Below are positions 50,803-62,510 of a stretch of DNA of 64,000 bases, one piece after another. The position numbers and the translations under genes are program-made. The stretch spans positions 18,848,001 through 18,912,000 of the forward strand of contig OZ360232.1 of assembly GCA_977017645.1 (NCBI GenBank). The letters are read 5' to 3'. Source of the stretch: Torpedo marmorata (lineage: Eukaryota). The notes beneath the pieces are model-generated. The model saw only the letters and a program-made list of their open reading frames with translations. It ran no database searches and was not told where the DNA came from. Position 1 is the stretch's first letter. The number at the start of each line of letters is the position of its first letter.

Positions 50803-52377
50803 TATTAGATCATCATAACTATGAATGGGAATATTAAAAAGCCATGACCTGAAACCGCCAAATGTAATTTCCTGATCATATTGTTGATGGAGCAGTAGAA
50901 TGGATGACCTGAGCAGTAGACCAATGATATTCTTTAAAAAGTCTAAGATATGTAGATGTATTCTTTAATTTTTCAAGTGGATCCATCTAACAAGAATCAT
51001 GACGATGCTTAAGCTTCAAATATCTTTTGAATAAACTATATATTCATGAACCATACAGGTTTGCTAGAGCTGTTGGGGAGGGTTTAAACTAGTTTGGCAG
51101 GTGGGTTGGAATCAGAATGAGAATGCGGAGATTAGGGTAGAAGAACACCTAGATTTGAAGGAAGAGAGGAATCAGAATGTTAAAGTTAATGTAGGAGAGT
51201 ATAATCAAAGGAGTGTATGTGGGGGACATTCTCTCAAGTGTATATATTTCAATGCAAGAAGCATCAGTGAAACCATCAGTGAAACTTGGTTGCAGGAGGG
51301 GCATGATTGGCAGCTAAATATTCCAGGATTCCGTTGTTTTAGCCGTGATAGAACAGGGGGGATAAAAGGTGGAGGAGTCGCATTGCTTGTTAGAGAAAGC
51401 ATTACAGCGGTGCTATGGCAGGATAGATTGGAGGGCTCATCCAGTGAGGCTATTTGGGTGGAATTGAGGAATGGGAAAGGCATGAAAACACTAATGGGAG
51501 TGTATTATAGACCACCAAATGGGCAGAGGGAATTAGAGGAGCAAATTTGTATGGAGATAGCATATATGTGTAATAAACATAAGGTGGTGATTAGAGGAGA
51601 TTTTAACTTTCCACACATTGACTGGGACGCCCATACTGTAATAGGGCTGGATGGGTTGGAGTTTGTCAAATGTGTTCAGGAAAGTTTTCTAAATCAATAC
51701 ATTGAAGAACCGACTAGAGAGGGGCAGTATTGGATCTCCTGTTTGGGAATGAGATAGGTCAGGTGACAGAGGTTTGTGTTGGGGAACACTTTGGCTCTAA
51801 TGATCATAATACTATTAGTTTTAGGTTGATAATAGAGAAGGATGGGGCTGGGCCTAAGGTTGAGATTCTTGATTGGAATAACGCAAATTTCGAGGAGATG
51901 AGAAAGGATTTAGAGGGTGTGGATTGGGATAATTTATTTTCAGGGAAGGATATAACAGATAAATGGAGGATATTCAAATGGGAAATTTTGAGAGTACAGA
52001 GTCGGTTCGTCCCTGTGAGGATTAAAGGAAGAGTTAGAAAATATAGGGAGCTTTGGTTTTCAAAGGATATTGGGAATTTGGTTCAGAGGAAGAGGGATGT
52101 GTACAACAGGTATAGACAGCAGGGAATAGATGAGGTCCTTGAGGAATATAAGGAGTGTAAAAAAAAAATCTTAAGAAAGAAATTAGAAAGGCTAAAAGGA
52201 GATAAGAGGATGCTTTGGCAGGCAAGGTAAAAATAAATCCAAAGGGTTTCTACAGGTACATTAAAAGTAAAAGAATAGTGAGGGATAAAATTGGGCCCAT
52301 TGAGGATCAGACGGGTAGGCTATGTGAGAAGTCAGAAGAGAAGGGGGAAATTTTAAATGATTTTTTTTCTTCAGTAT

Positions 52378-55300
52378 TGTTATGGACCATGACTGACCAT
52401 TTGGACTGCGGACGGTCAGCAGAAAGGATGAAGTCTTTTGGAGTACACACTGGGACCAGGTACTGAAAGAGTTAACTTGCCAAGGACTTGGTGAACCCAG
52501 AGAGAGAGAGTCCAGAGAGAGACAGGCTGTGGAAAAGATAATTTGTTGCACTTTTGCAAAAGCAGGTGCAAACCTCTGCAAAAAGCATTCAGATTCAGTG
52601 GTTGTTTGCAGTTGCAAAGGCTGGAGAACACAGCAAAATCCAGGCTTGTGCATCCCAGGGGAAAAGGCTGGGAGAATAGCACATGCCCTCCTGTATCAGC
52701 AAAATACTGAGTTAAAACAACTTTTGTGAAGAACATGCGTGAGATCTGCAAGACCGGCTGTGAGATCCAAGTACACGCCTCAATCAGTGGTATACTAATT
52801 TGAAGTCACAATCCTCGTGTATCTACCAAAAGAGAAAGTCATTGGAGAAGAAAAGCAGGCCATGCATTCGTAAGCTTAAACAGTCATTGTTTCTCTCTCC
52901 AACGTTCATTAAGAAGTCCTTCTTGCCAGCAAGCAGAGCTGAATTTGGACCCTGAACGTAGAGAATGAAATTTTGTGGACTGTATTTTTGGGACTGACTT
53001 ATTTTATGACTGACCTGGGTGTTTTGGGGAAGGTTTTCCACTTTTACATGAGGGTTGGGCACAGACTGTAATGGTCTGGGCTTTACACACACACACACAC
53101 ACTCTCTTTAGATAAGAATAGTGTTTATAGACGTTTATAGTGGGGTTAATTGTTGTGAAATTATATGTTTAATTGTCTTTAATAAATATAAATTTCAATT
53201 TTACCCCTTTTGCATTGCGTCTTCTGTTGTTGCTGGTTTGAATTTTTAACAAATTGGGGGCTCGTCCTAGGATTTGAATCAAGATCCATCTTGGGAAATT
53301 GAAGGAATCCCAGTCTGGTTTAAGACATTCCTTTTGTAAAGCTAATTAAAAGCGAGTGTGTGTGTAACGAAAAACCAGCAACAATGGATGTAGAATATTT
53401 TTTGCAATCACCTGAACCTGATACTTTACAAAAGGCTAAAAAGGAACAGTTAGTGGCAAAAGCAACAGAGTTGGGCATTGCTTCTGTAAAACCATCAATG
53501 AAAAAGGCAGAGATTGGGAGAAAAATTGTCAAATACTATATAAAAGGAAAAAAGTTTGAGGAGAGCGTGTTAGAGCAGTTTCCCCAAGGGTAAACCTTCT
53601 CAACACATACAGTTGGAACTAAAGAAATTGGAATTGGAACAAAAGAAATTAGACAGGGAATTGGAACAAAAGAGTTTAGACTTGGAGGTAGCCAGGGAAC
53701 AAAAGAAATTAGACAGGGAATTGGAACAAAAAAGATTAGACTTGGAGGCAGCCAGAGAATGAAAAAGATTAGACAGAGAGAGAGGAGAACATTAGGCAAT
53801 ATGAGCTGGAAAAGATTAAGTTGGAAAATGAGAGGAGACAAGAAGAGCACCAAGATCAAATTCGTCATCCTGTTGAGAGGTTTTTGGCCAGTAGAGAAGT
53901 TAGGTTGGTTCCTCCATTTGAGTAGGTGGAAATAGATATTTCAACATTTTGAGAAGGTGGCTGTGAAATTAAAATGGCCACAAGACCAATGGTCTCTTAT
54001 GTTACAAAGTGTAATTAAAGGAAAAGCTCAGCAAGCTTATTCTATTCTTACCACGGAGCAAGATGCTGATTATGAAACGGTGAAAAAGGCCATACTCCAG
54101 GCTTATGAGTTATTTCCACAGGCTTATAAACAGAAATTTAAAAATTTAAAAAGATCAGCAACCCAACCTTACACAGAGTTTGCCTATGAAAAGGTTGTGT
54201 GTTTTGACCGGTGGTGCACATCCAAGGCGGTAAACAATGATTACAATCAATTGAGAGAATTGATAATAATTGAGGAGATAAAAAGGTGTGTTTCTGAGGA
54301 TATTAAGACATACATAGATGAAAAGGAGGTGAAAACTTGGCAAAATTCAGCTAAGTTAACAGATGAATATGCTTTAACCCACAAGCCTAAGTGGACGTCA
54401 GGCAGAATTTTCCAAAAGGGCACTGTGGATAATCCCAAGCAAGTGGAAAGTAAATTTGGAAGTGATGTTAAGGAAAGAGACGAAGGGAAGTGGAAAAGGG
54501 AAAACCCTTTGGGTCCCATTTGCCACTACTGTAGGAAGGCTGGTCATATGCCAGCAAGCTGTCCAGTGTTGAAAAAGAAGAGAGAAAAGGATGCAACACC
54601 TAATGCTTGAATTCAGAGTGAGAAGAGGCATAACACCCAGGAAGGAGAAAAATTTGCTGACAAAGTTACAGATGTATTTAAACCTTTTGTGACTGATGGT
54701 TTTGTTTCAGTTAAGGCAGGATCAAAGCAAGTTCCAGTGAAAATCTTACGAGATACTGGAGCTGCTCAGTCACTTGTGTTAGATAGTATCTTGGAATTTT
54801 GTGAAGTCACTGACACCGGTGAAATGAATTTAATTAAAAGAATTGGGGGTGATGTTGAGTCCATTCCTTTGCACAAAATAATGTTGAACTCAGCCTTGGT
54901 GGAAGGACCTGTTATAATAGGAGTGAGATCAGAGTTGCCAGTGGAAGGAGTCTCACTGTTGCTTGGCAATGACTTAGCTGAGGGTAAAGTAGTTCCTGCA
55001 GTGCGAATGACCACTAAGCCAGTCATTGATAAGTCAGAGAAGGACTCTGATATTTATCCGGCATGTGCCATAACCAGGGCCATGTCTAAGAAAAATGTCA
55101 CTGCAGAGAAGGCAGTGGAAAATAAATTGGTGAAAGAAAAAGTCGGTGATAATCAAAAACACCTGGAAAAGGTTGAGCAATCTCCTGTGTTACACCGATC
55201 AACTGATAAGACACCTAAAGGCACAGATTTGTCACTATCCCGACAGGAGCTAATAGCAAGGCAAAAGGACGATCCTGATCTTGCTGAGGTGAGGGATAAG

Positions 55301-58085
55301 GTTCTCTCTGAAGAGGAGATTAAGAACGTGCCAGTGGGTTATTATGAAAAAGATGGGGTGTTGATGAGAAAGTGGAGACCATGTGATGTTCCTGCCTGTG
55401 AAGAATGGGCAGTAGTGCAGAAGGTAGTGATCCCTAAAGTATATAGGGACAAAATAATAACTTTGGCTCATAGCACACCCTTAGGTGGTCACCTTGGGGT
55501 GAAGAAAACTATACTGAAGATCATGAAACAATTTTATTGGCCCAGTTTGAGAAGGGAGGTTGTAAGCTTTTGCCGGGCCTGTCACACTTGTCAGGTGGTG
55601 GGTAAACCTAATCAGGGTCCCCCGGTGGCACCCTTGCAACCTATCTCTGCTTTCAGTGAGCCTTTCTCGAGAGTAATTGTGGACTGTGTTGGCCCATTGC
55701 CCAAAACCAAAGCGGGGAATGAATATTTGTTAACAATTTTGTGTGCAGCCACCAGATTTCCAGAGGCCATTCCTCTGAGAAACATTAAAGCAAACGTAAA
55801 GGCTATGGTAAAGTTTTTCACCTTGGTAGGTTTGCCAAGGGAAATTCAATCAGATCAGGGCAGTAATTTCATGTCAGGCGTATTCCAACAAGTGGTTGAT
55901 CGACTGGGAGTTAAACAGATTGTATCCTCTGCGTACCATCCAGAAAGTCAAGGGGCCTTGGAGAGGTTCCATTCGACTTTAAAAAACATGATTAGAACCT
56001 ACTGTTGTGAGGAGGAAAAGGATTGGGATGAGGGGGTTCATTTGTTGTTATTTGCAGCGAGGGAGTCTGTCCAAGAATCACTTGGTTTTAGTCCATTCGA
56101 GTTAGTTTTCGGACATGAGGTGAGAGGTCCTTTAACGTTATTAAAAGAACAGTGGATTAATAGTGATGTGCATTTAAATCTGTTAGACTATGTTTCCAAA
56201 TTTAAGGATCGGTTGCATAGGGCTTGTGAGATGACAAGGAGTCTTTAAAGGCCACTCAACAGAGAATGAAGGTTTGGTATGATCGAAAGGCCAAGATGAG
56301 AACTTTTAAACCTGGTGAGAACGTATTAGTTCTGTTTCCCATCCATTCAAATCCTCTTAGGGCTAGATTTTCAGGACCCTATAGAGTTAAGGCAAAACTT
56401 AATGAGGTCACCTATGTCATAGAAACACCTAATCGCAGACGAGACACACAGGTCTGTCACGTGAATATGATTAAGCCATATTTTGAACAGGTGCCGCACA
56501 AAGTGACTGAACATTTACCAGAGCGGGGTAAGGAGGAGACAGATAAAACCAGTTTCAGAGAGGGTCATGGGACTGTTAATTCTCTGGGTTATGTAGTAGA
56601 ACAGACGCAGTTGGCGCCAGTAGAGGCAAAGGTTGTGTCTATTTCCGAGTTCCCTGTTCCAACTGGTAAGAAAACTCTGAGGAGGTTCCTGGGAATGATT
56701 GGCTACTAGCGCAAGTTTTGTAAAAACTTTGCAGATCTTGCGCTTCCTCTCATAAATTTTTTCTTAGAAAGGGAGAAAAATTTGTATGGTCGACAGGTTG
56801 TCAGGAATCATTTGTCAAATTGAAAGCCATGTTATGCCACCAACCTGTGCTTAAATCACCTAATTTAGAACAGTTGTTTTCTTTAGCTGTGGATGCCAGC
56901 GATGAAGCTGTGGGCACGGTGCTATTGCAGAGGAAGAACAAAGAGGACATTGACCATCCAGTATCCTACTTCTCAAAGAAGTTCAATGATCATCAAAGGA
57001 ATTATTCAACCATAGAAAAAGAGTTGTTAGGTCTTGTGTTGGCTCTACAACACTTTGATGTGTATATCTGTACAGCTCAAAAACTACTCATAGTGTATAC
57101 TGACCATAATCCATTGGTTTTTCTTTGTAAAATGAAAAATAAGAATCGACAGTTGTTGAATTGGAGTCTAATTTCGCAAGAATATGATTTGATAATAGTA
57201 CATATAAAAGGGAGAGATAATGTAATCGCTGATTGTCTTTCTAGATGCTAAACTTTATAAATGAAAATAGTTCATATTTTGTGTTTGTGGATGAACATTG
57301 TGGGTTTTGTTTATATTGTAAAACCTCAATTTCCAAAATTTTGTTCTTGCAGATCAAAATTTTCTTTGTGGGTGGGAGGTGTTATGGACCATGACTGACC
57401 ATTTGGACTGCGGACGGTCAGCAGGAAGGATGAAGTATTTTGGAGTACACACTGGGACCAGGTTCTGAAAGAGTTAATTTGCCCAGGACTTGGTGTACCC
57501 AGAGAGAGAGAGACCAGAGAGAGAGACAGGCTGTGGAAAATATACTATGTTGCACTTTTTCAAAAGCAGGTGCAAACCTCTGCAAAAAGCATTCAGATTC
57601 AGTGGTTGTTTTCAATTGCAAAGGCTGGAGAACACAGAAAAATCCAAGCTTGTGCATCCCAGGGGAAAAGGCTGGGAGAATAGCACATGGCCTCCTGTAT
57701 CAGCAAAATACTGAGTTAAAACAACTTTTGTGAAGAACAGGCGTGAGATCAGCGAGACCGGCTGTGAGATCCAAGTACACGCCTCAATCAGTGGTATACT
57801 GATTTGGAGTCGCAATCCTCGTGTATCTACCAAAAGGGAAAGTCATCAGAGAAGAAAAGCAGGCCAAGCATTCGTAAGTTTAAACAGTCATTGTTTCTCT
57901 CTCCAACTTTCATTAAGAAGTCCTTCTTGCCAGCACACAGAGCTGAAATTGGACCCTGAACATAGAGAATGAATTTTTGTGGACTGTATTTTTGGGACTG
58001 ACTTATTTTATGACTGACTTGGTGGTTTTGGGGAAGGTTTTCCATTTTTACATGAGGGTTGGGCACAGACTATAATGGTCTGGGC

Positions 58086-58119
<34 letters not shown>

Positions 58120-58265
58120 CTTTAGATAAGAATAGTGTTTATAGACATTTATAGTGGGGTTAATTGTTGTGAAATGATATGTTTAATTGTCTTTAATAAA
58201 TATAAATTTCAATTTTACCCCTTTTGCATTGCGTCTTCTGTCGTTGCTGGTTTGAATTTGTAACA
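52378..58265 (+). mobile_element. Gmr1-like Ty3/gypsy provirus (gag-PR-IN-[RT core deleted]-RH), defective
   Basis: LTRs 52378-53251 and 57380-58265; TSD GTAT; SCAN-like capsid and CHYC..H..C; LRDTGA; integrase HHCC/VDCVG/SDQG/ERFH placed before the RT thumb (RRFLGMIGY) and RNase H (VDASD..EKE..TDH); PPT at 57370-79. Confidence 0.95.
53255..53267 (+). promoter_or_regulatory. Primer binding site, tRNA-Pro
   Basis: TGGGGGCTCGTCC 3 nt after the LTR; canonical tRNA-Pro PBS is TGGGGGCTCGTCCGGGAT. Confidence 0.92.
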
Positions 58266-60870
58266 GTATTCACAAAGGAAAGGAATATTAAGCCAGGTAA
58301 AGTAAAGAAATCTTGTAGTGAGGTCATGGATAATATAAAGATTAATGAGGATGTAGTATTGGCTATTTTAAAGAGAATAAAAGTGGATAAATTTCCAGGT
58401 CCTGACAGGATATTCCCGAGGACCCTGAGGGAGGTTAGTGTACAAATAGTGGGGGCTCTGTCAGAAATATTTAAAATGTCACTGGCCACGTGGAAGGTGC
58501 CGGAGGATTGGAGGGTAGCCCATGTTGTCCCGCTGTTTAAGAAGGGCTCCAAAAGTAAACCTGGAAATTATAGGCCTGTGAGTCTGACGTCGATGGTAGG
58601 TAAATTAATGGAGAGTGTTCTTAGAGATAGTGTATACAGTTATTTGGAAAGACAAGCATTGATTAGGAGTAGTCAACATGGTTTTGTACGTGGTAGATCA
58701 CGTTTAACAAATTTTATAGAGTTTTTCGAGGAGGTTACTAAGAAGGTTGACGAGGGGAAGGCTGTGGATGTTGTCTATGTGGACTTTAGTAAGGCATTTG
58801 ACAAGGTTCCACATAAGAGGCTAGTTAGGAAGGTTCAAGTATTAGGTATTAACGACGAAGTAGTGAAATGGATTCAACAATGGTTGGATAGGAGATGCCA
58901 GAGAGTAGTGGTGGAAAATTGTTTGTCAAATTGGAGGCCGGTGACTAGTGGAGTGCCTTAGGGATCGGTACTGGGTCCATTGTTGTTTGTCATATATATT
59001 AATGATCTAGATGATAGGGTGGTAAATTGGATTAGTAAGTATGCAGATGATACGAAGATTGGTGGTGTTGTGGACAGTGAAGAGGGATATCAAAGCTTGC
59101 AGGGGGATATTGGACAGTTAGAAGAGTGGGCGGAAACATGGCAGATGGAGTTTAATACTGATAAAAGTGAGGTGCTACATTTTGGTTGGACTAATCAGCA
59201 AAGGTCATATATGTTAAATGGAAGACAATTGAGTAGTGCAGTAGAACAAAGGGATTTAGGAATTATGGTACATAATTCCCTGAAAGTTGAGTCACACGTA
59301 GATAGGGTGGTGAATAAAGCATTTGGTATTTTGGCCATAAATTAGAGTATTGAATATAGGAGTTGGGATGTCATGTTGAAGTTGTATAAGGCATTGGTGA
59401 GGCCAAATTTGGAATATTGTGTGCAGTTTTGGTCACCGAATTATAGGAAGGATATACACAGAATAGAGAGAGTGCAGAGGAGATTCACAAGAATATTGCC
59501 AGGGTTTCTGGGTTTGAATTACAGGGAAAGGTTGAGCAGGCTGGGACTTTATTCCCTGGAGCGTAGAAGATTGAGGGGTGATTTGATAGAGGTATTTAAA
59601 ATTATGAATGGGACAGATAGAGTCAATGTGGACAGGCTTTTTCCATTGAGAGTGGGGGAGATTCAAACAAGAGGGCATGGATTGAGATTGAAGGGGGAAA
59701 AGTTTAGAGGAAACATGAGGGGGAATTTCTTCACTCAGAGGGTGGTGGGAATGTGGAACGAGCTTCCGACCGAAGTGGTAGATGCAGGTTCAATTTTAAT
59801 GTTTAAGGAAAAGTTGGATAGGTATATGGACGAGAGAGGTGTGGAGGGTTATGGGCCGGGTGCGGGTCAGTGGGACTAGGTGGGAGAAAGTGTTCGGCAT
59901 GGACTAGAAGGGCCGAACTGGCCTGTTTCTGTGCTCTAATTGTTATATGGTTATATGGTTGTGCTCCCATGAACTCTTTGTAATTTAAAGTGAAATTTGC
60001 TTTTCTATTGGTCTTTTAAGTCTTCTGTCTGAGGGGAAGGACACATTCATTAATGCTGGTCTAAAATTCTCAGTGATATGGATTGGGAACAAATTAAACT
60101 TCCTGATTCTACTTTCAAATAGAAGTTATCTGCCAACATATCTGATTCTTGGTCATTTTTAATTATAAAACAAAATAGAATTTAAACACTCTTAATTGAA
60201 TTTAAATGGGAAACATGAGAAACATTATAAACTTCCAAGCCATCTCATGGGTTTGGCAAAATTCAAAATCTGAGACCAACCAAAAAATTTAAAGGCTGAT
60301 TTTTCAAAATCATTTTCAAGATGCAGAAAATGCAGACAAGGTTAGCATGGCCCTTCCTTGATTACTTAACAAAGCCAACTTTAACTACTACCGTTGGAGG
60401 TCTTACAGATCAATGATCAGCATGAAGTTAGAGATAATTTTGAGGCCATTAAGAAATTTTACATTATTTATTTTTAAATTCTATTCCTTAATGTCATGAC
60501 AGACAGCAGCCAGCATAGGACAGCTAGCACAGAGGTGATGAGTCAATGAAATTTGAGGTCAATAGCATGTATGGAGAGAAAATGAGAGGCTGGCCAAGAC
60601 TGAGCTGGAATTGTCATGTGTCGGAGGTAGAAAAGAACTTGACGATGGTTTCAGCAATGCACGATCTAAGATGGGACAAAATGACCAACAAAGCAACTGG
60701 CAGGGACACAGACAGAGTGGAGGAAAAAAGAGAGTTTGTGGTAGATACCCTAAGTGACGGTTGCATGTAGCTGGAATAAAAATTGCTGCCCGTTTAGTAA
60801 TGGGTGGGAGAGTGGATAAAGACAAACTGGGCACTATTTTCCTTTGTTTCAGCTGTACGCGGTCTGTTAC

Positions 60871-61028
60871 CTGTCTGCTCAGCTTCCAGCATGCCTTGCA
60901 GCATTTTGAAAGATCCTGACTGCTTGGGTTGCGATGGTGGTTCCTCACCATCCCGAAGCATCTTATAAACATCTGATTCAGTGTCAACCTCATTCCACAA
61001 TTTTGGTGATAGCTTTGATGGTTCGCTA
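60871..61028 (-). CDS. PDLIM4: PDLIM4-like internal coding exon
   Basis: ttttctttag|...ACAG|gtaac; SEPSKLSPKLWNEVDTESDVYKMLRDGEEPPSQPKQSGSFKMLQGMLEAEQT resembles PDLIM4 SEVYRML..PKQSGSFRYLQGMLEA. Confidence 0.88.
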
Positions 61029-61217
61029 CTAAAGAAAACATAGTTCCACAAATTAAGCATTGACAAAAAAAAGTAACATGTTCATTGCTAATTAGCTGCA
61101 ATTAAGCAAATCTGCAATTCTGAAAATGCTGGCCATCAAATTACAACACGCCTCTTGTACCGAATCATTCAAATCTTCGATATTATTCTATTGCACTACA
61201 CATTCATTTATTTTATG

Positions 61218-62061
61218 CAAAATGGCGGTGCTGCCGGAGCCGCTGTAGCGGCAGCGCAGCCGCGGACCCACGGGGAGTATGGGAGCGGAGATACAGCGCT
61301 CCCGCGGGGTCCAGCCGCCCAGTCGACTGCCGTCGGTTCCGCACGGGCTTTGAACGGCCCGTTAAAGGAGCCGACAGTGGTTTTATTTAAGATCCCGCGA
61401 CCACGGGGTCTGCGCCCAAGATGGCAGCACCTTTTAACCGGCAGCAGCCACGAGGGGCTGCAGATTCCGGGGAAGCGGAGGACTGGAGCAGGGCACCAGA
61501 GGATGGGAAGATCACCCCCCGTCTGAGAAGGAGAAGCGGAGGAGATGACCCACGGGATGGTGACCACGGCGGCGGACCGGTGAGGGGCTCTGAGGCTGAA
61601 GGACCAGTGCATGCGGCGGGCTGCTGGCGACTCGAGGCGAGGAACTCGCGGAGGCTGTGGGCTGCTGGAGACTGCTGTCGGGGGACTCACGCCAGGCTGC
61701 GGACTGCTGGAGGCTGGCTCGAACTGGCTGGAGGAGTACCAAGTATCGGAACCGGGATGCGAGGGGGTGCCGAGGGTGACCTGACCGTGTTGGAGGTTCG
61801 GATCTGGAGCTCGGGTTGCCGATCATTTGGACTGGACTCTGTGTGGCTGCGGAGGCTGCGGAAGCGCTGGAGGAGAATCTGTGGACACTCGGTGACTCTG
61901 GGGGGACTCTCTTTTGCTTCTCTTTCTCTGACTGTAAGGAATGTTAGAGGCACTTAGGCAATTTCTGCCGGTGGCGAATCTGTCTGCCTTGCAGCAGGCA
62001 AAAAGAAATTTCATGGAATATGACACTGTCTTATTACTATGACAATAAATTGAATCTTGAA
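61218..62061 (+). mobile_element. GC-rich non-autonomous retroposon with Rex1-type tail
   Basis: Sharp CpG-rich block starting AAAATGGCGG; ends aaagaaatttcat..tgacaataaattgaatcttgaa. Confidence 0.65.
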
Positions 62062-62185
62062 ATGTTTGAGTACACTTTTTCTCCATTCTAAGCTGTGGGA
62101 GCCATATCATATTTATACCCAAGTACACTGAACAAGAATAATTTATAGACATTCCTGTCCCTCAAGAAGAAGAGTAGAAAATGCA

Positions 62186-62420
62186 GGCCACGGCGTGGTT
62201 TGCGTAGTGGTTAGCGCAAAGCTATTACAGCGCCAGCGACCTGGGTTTGAATCTGGTGCTGTCTTTAAGGAGTTTGTACGTTCTCCCCGTGTCTGCGTGG
62301 GTTTTCTCTGGGCGCCCCGGTTTCCTCCGACCTTTCATAATGTACGGGGGTTGTAGGGTATTTGGGCAGCAGGGGCTCAGGGCTGTGCTGTGTGTCTACA
62401 TTTTTAAATTTAAAATTTAA
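62186..62420 (+). mobile_element. V-SINE
   Basis: gcgtagtggttagcgc; gggtttgaatc; V-core. Confidence 0.88.
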
Positions 62421-62510
62421 TAATCAACCAATCACAAAAAACACCAAAAAAAAAAAAAAAAATTAGATTGACTATTTTTCATCAGAAACACAACTGGTGA
62501 GAGATTAATA

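Larger units (their letters stand above)
51050..59960 (+). mobile_element. CR1 LINE with near-complete ORF2 (EN+RT), split by the Gmr1 provirus
   Basis: CIYFNARS..ETWL..GVYYRPP..GDFNFP; FSSV|FTKE across the insertion; YADDTK; (GGTTATAT)n tail. Confidence 0.95.

Noticed and set aside
61155-62152. Overlapping GC-rich ORFs as a host gene
   Set aside because: Stop-poor because of GC content; no recognisable domain; the block ends in a retroposon tail.
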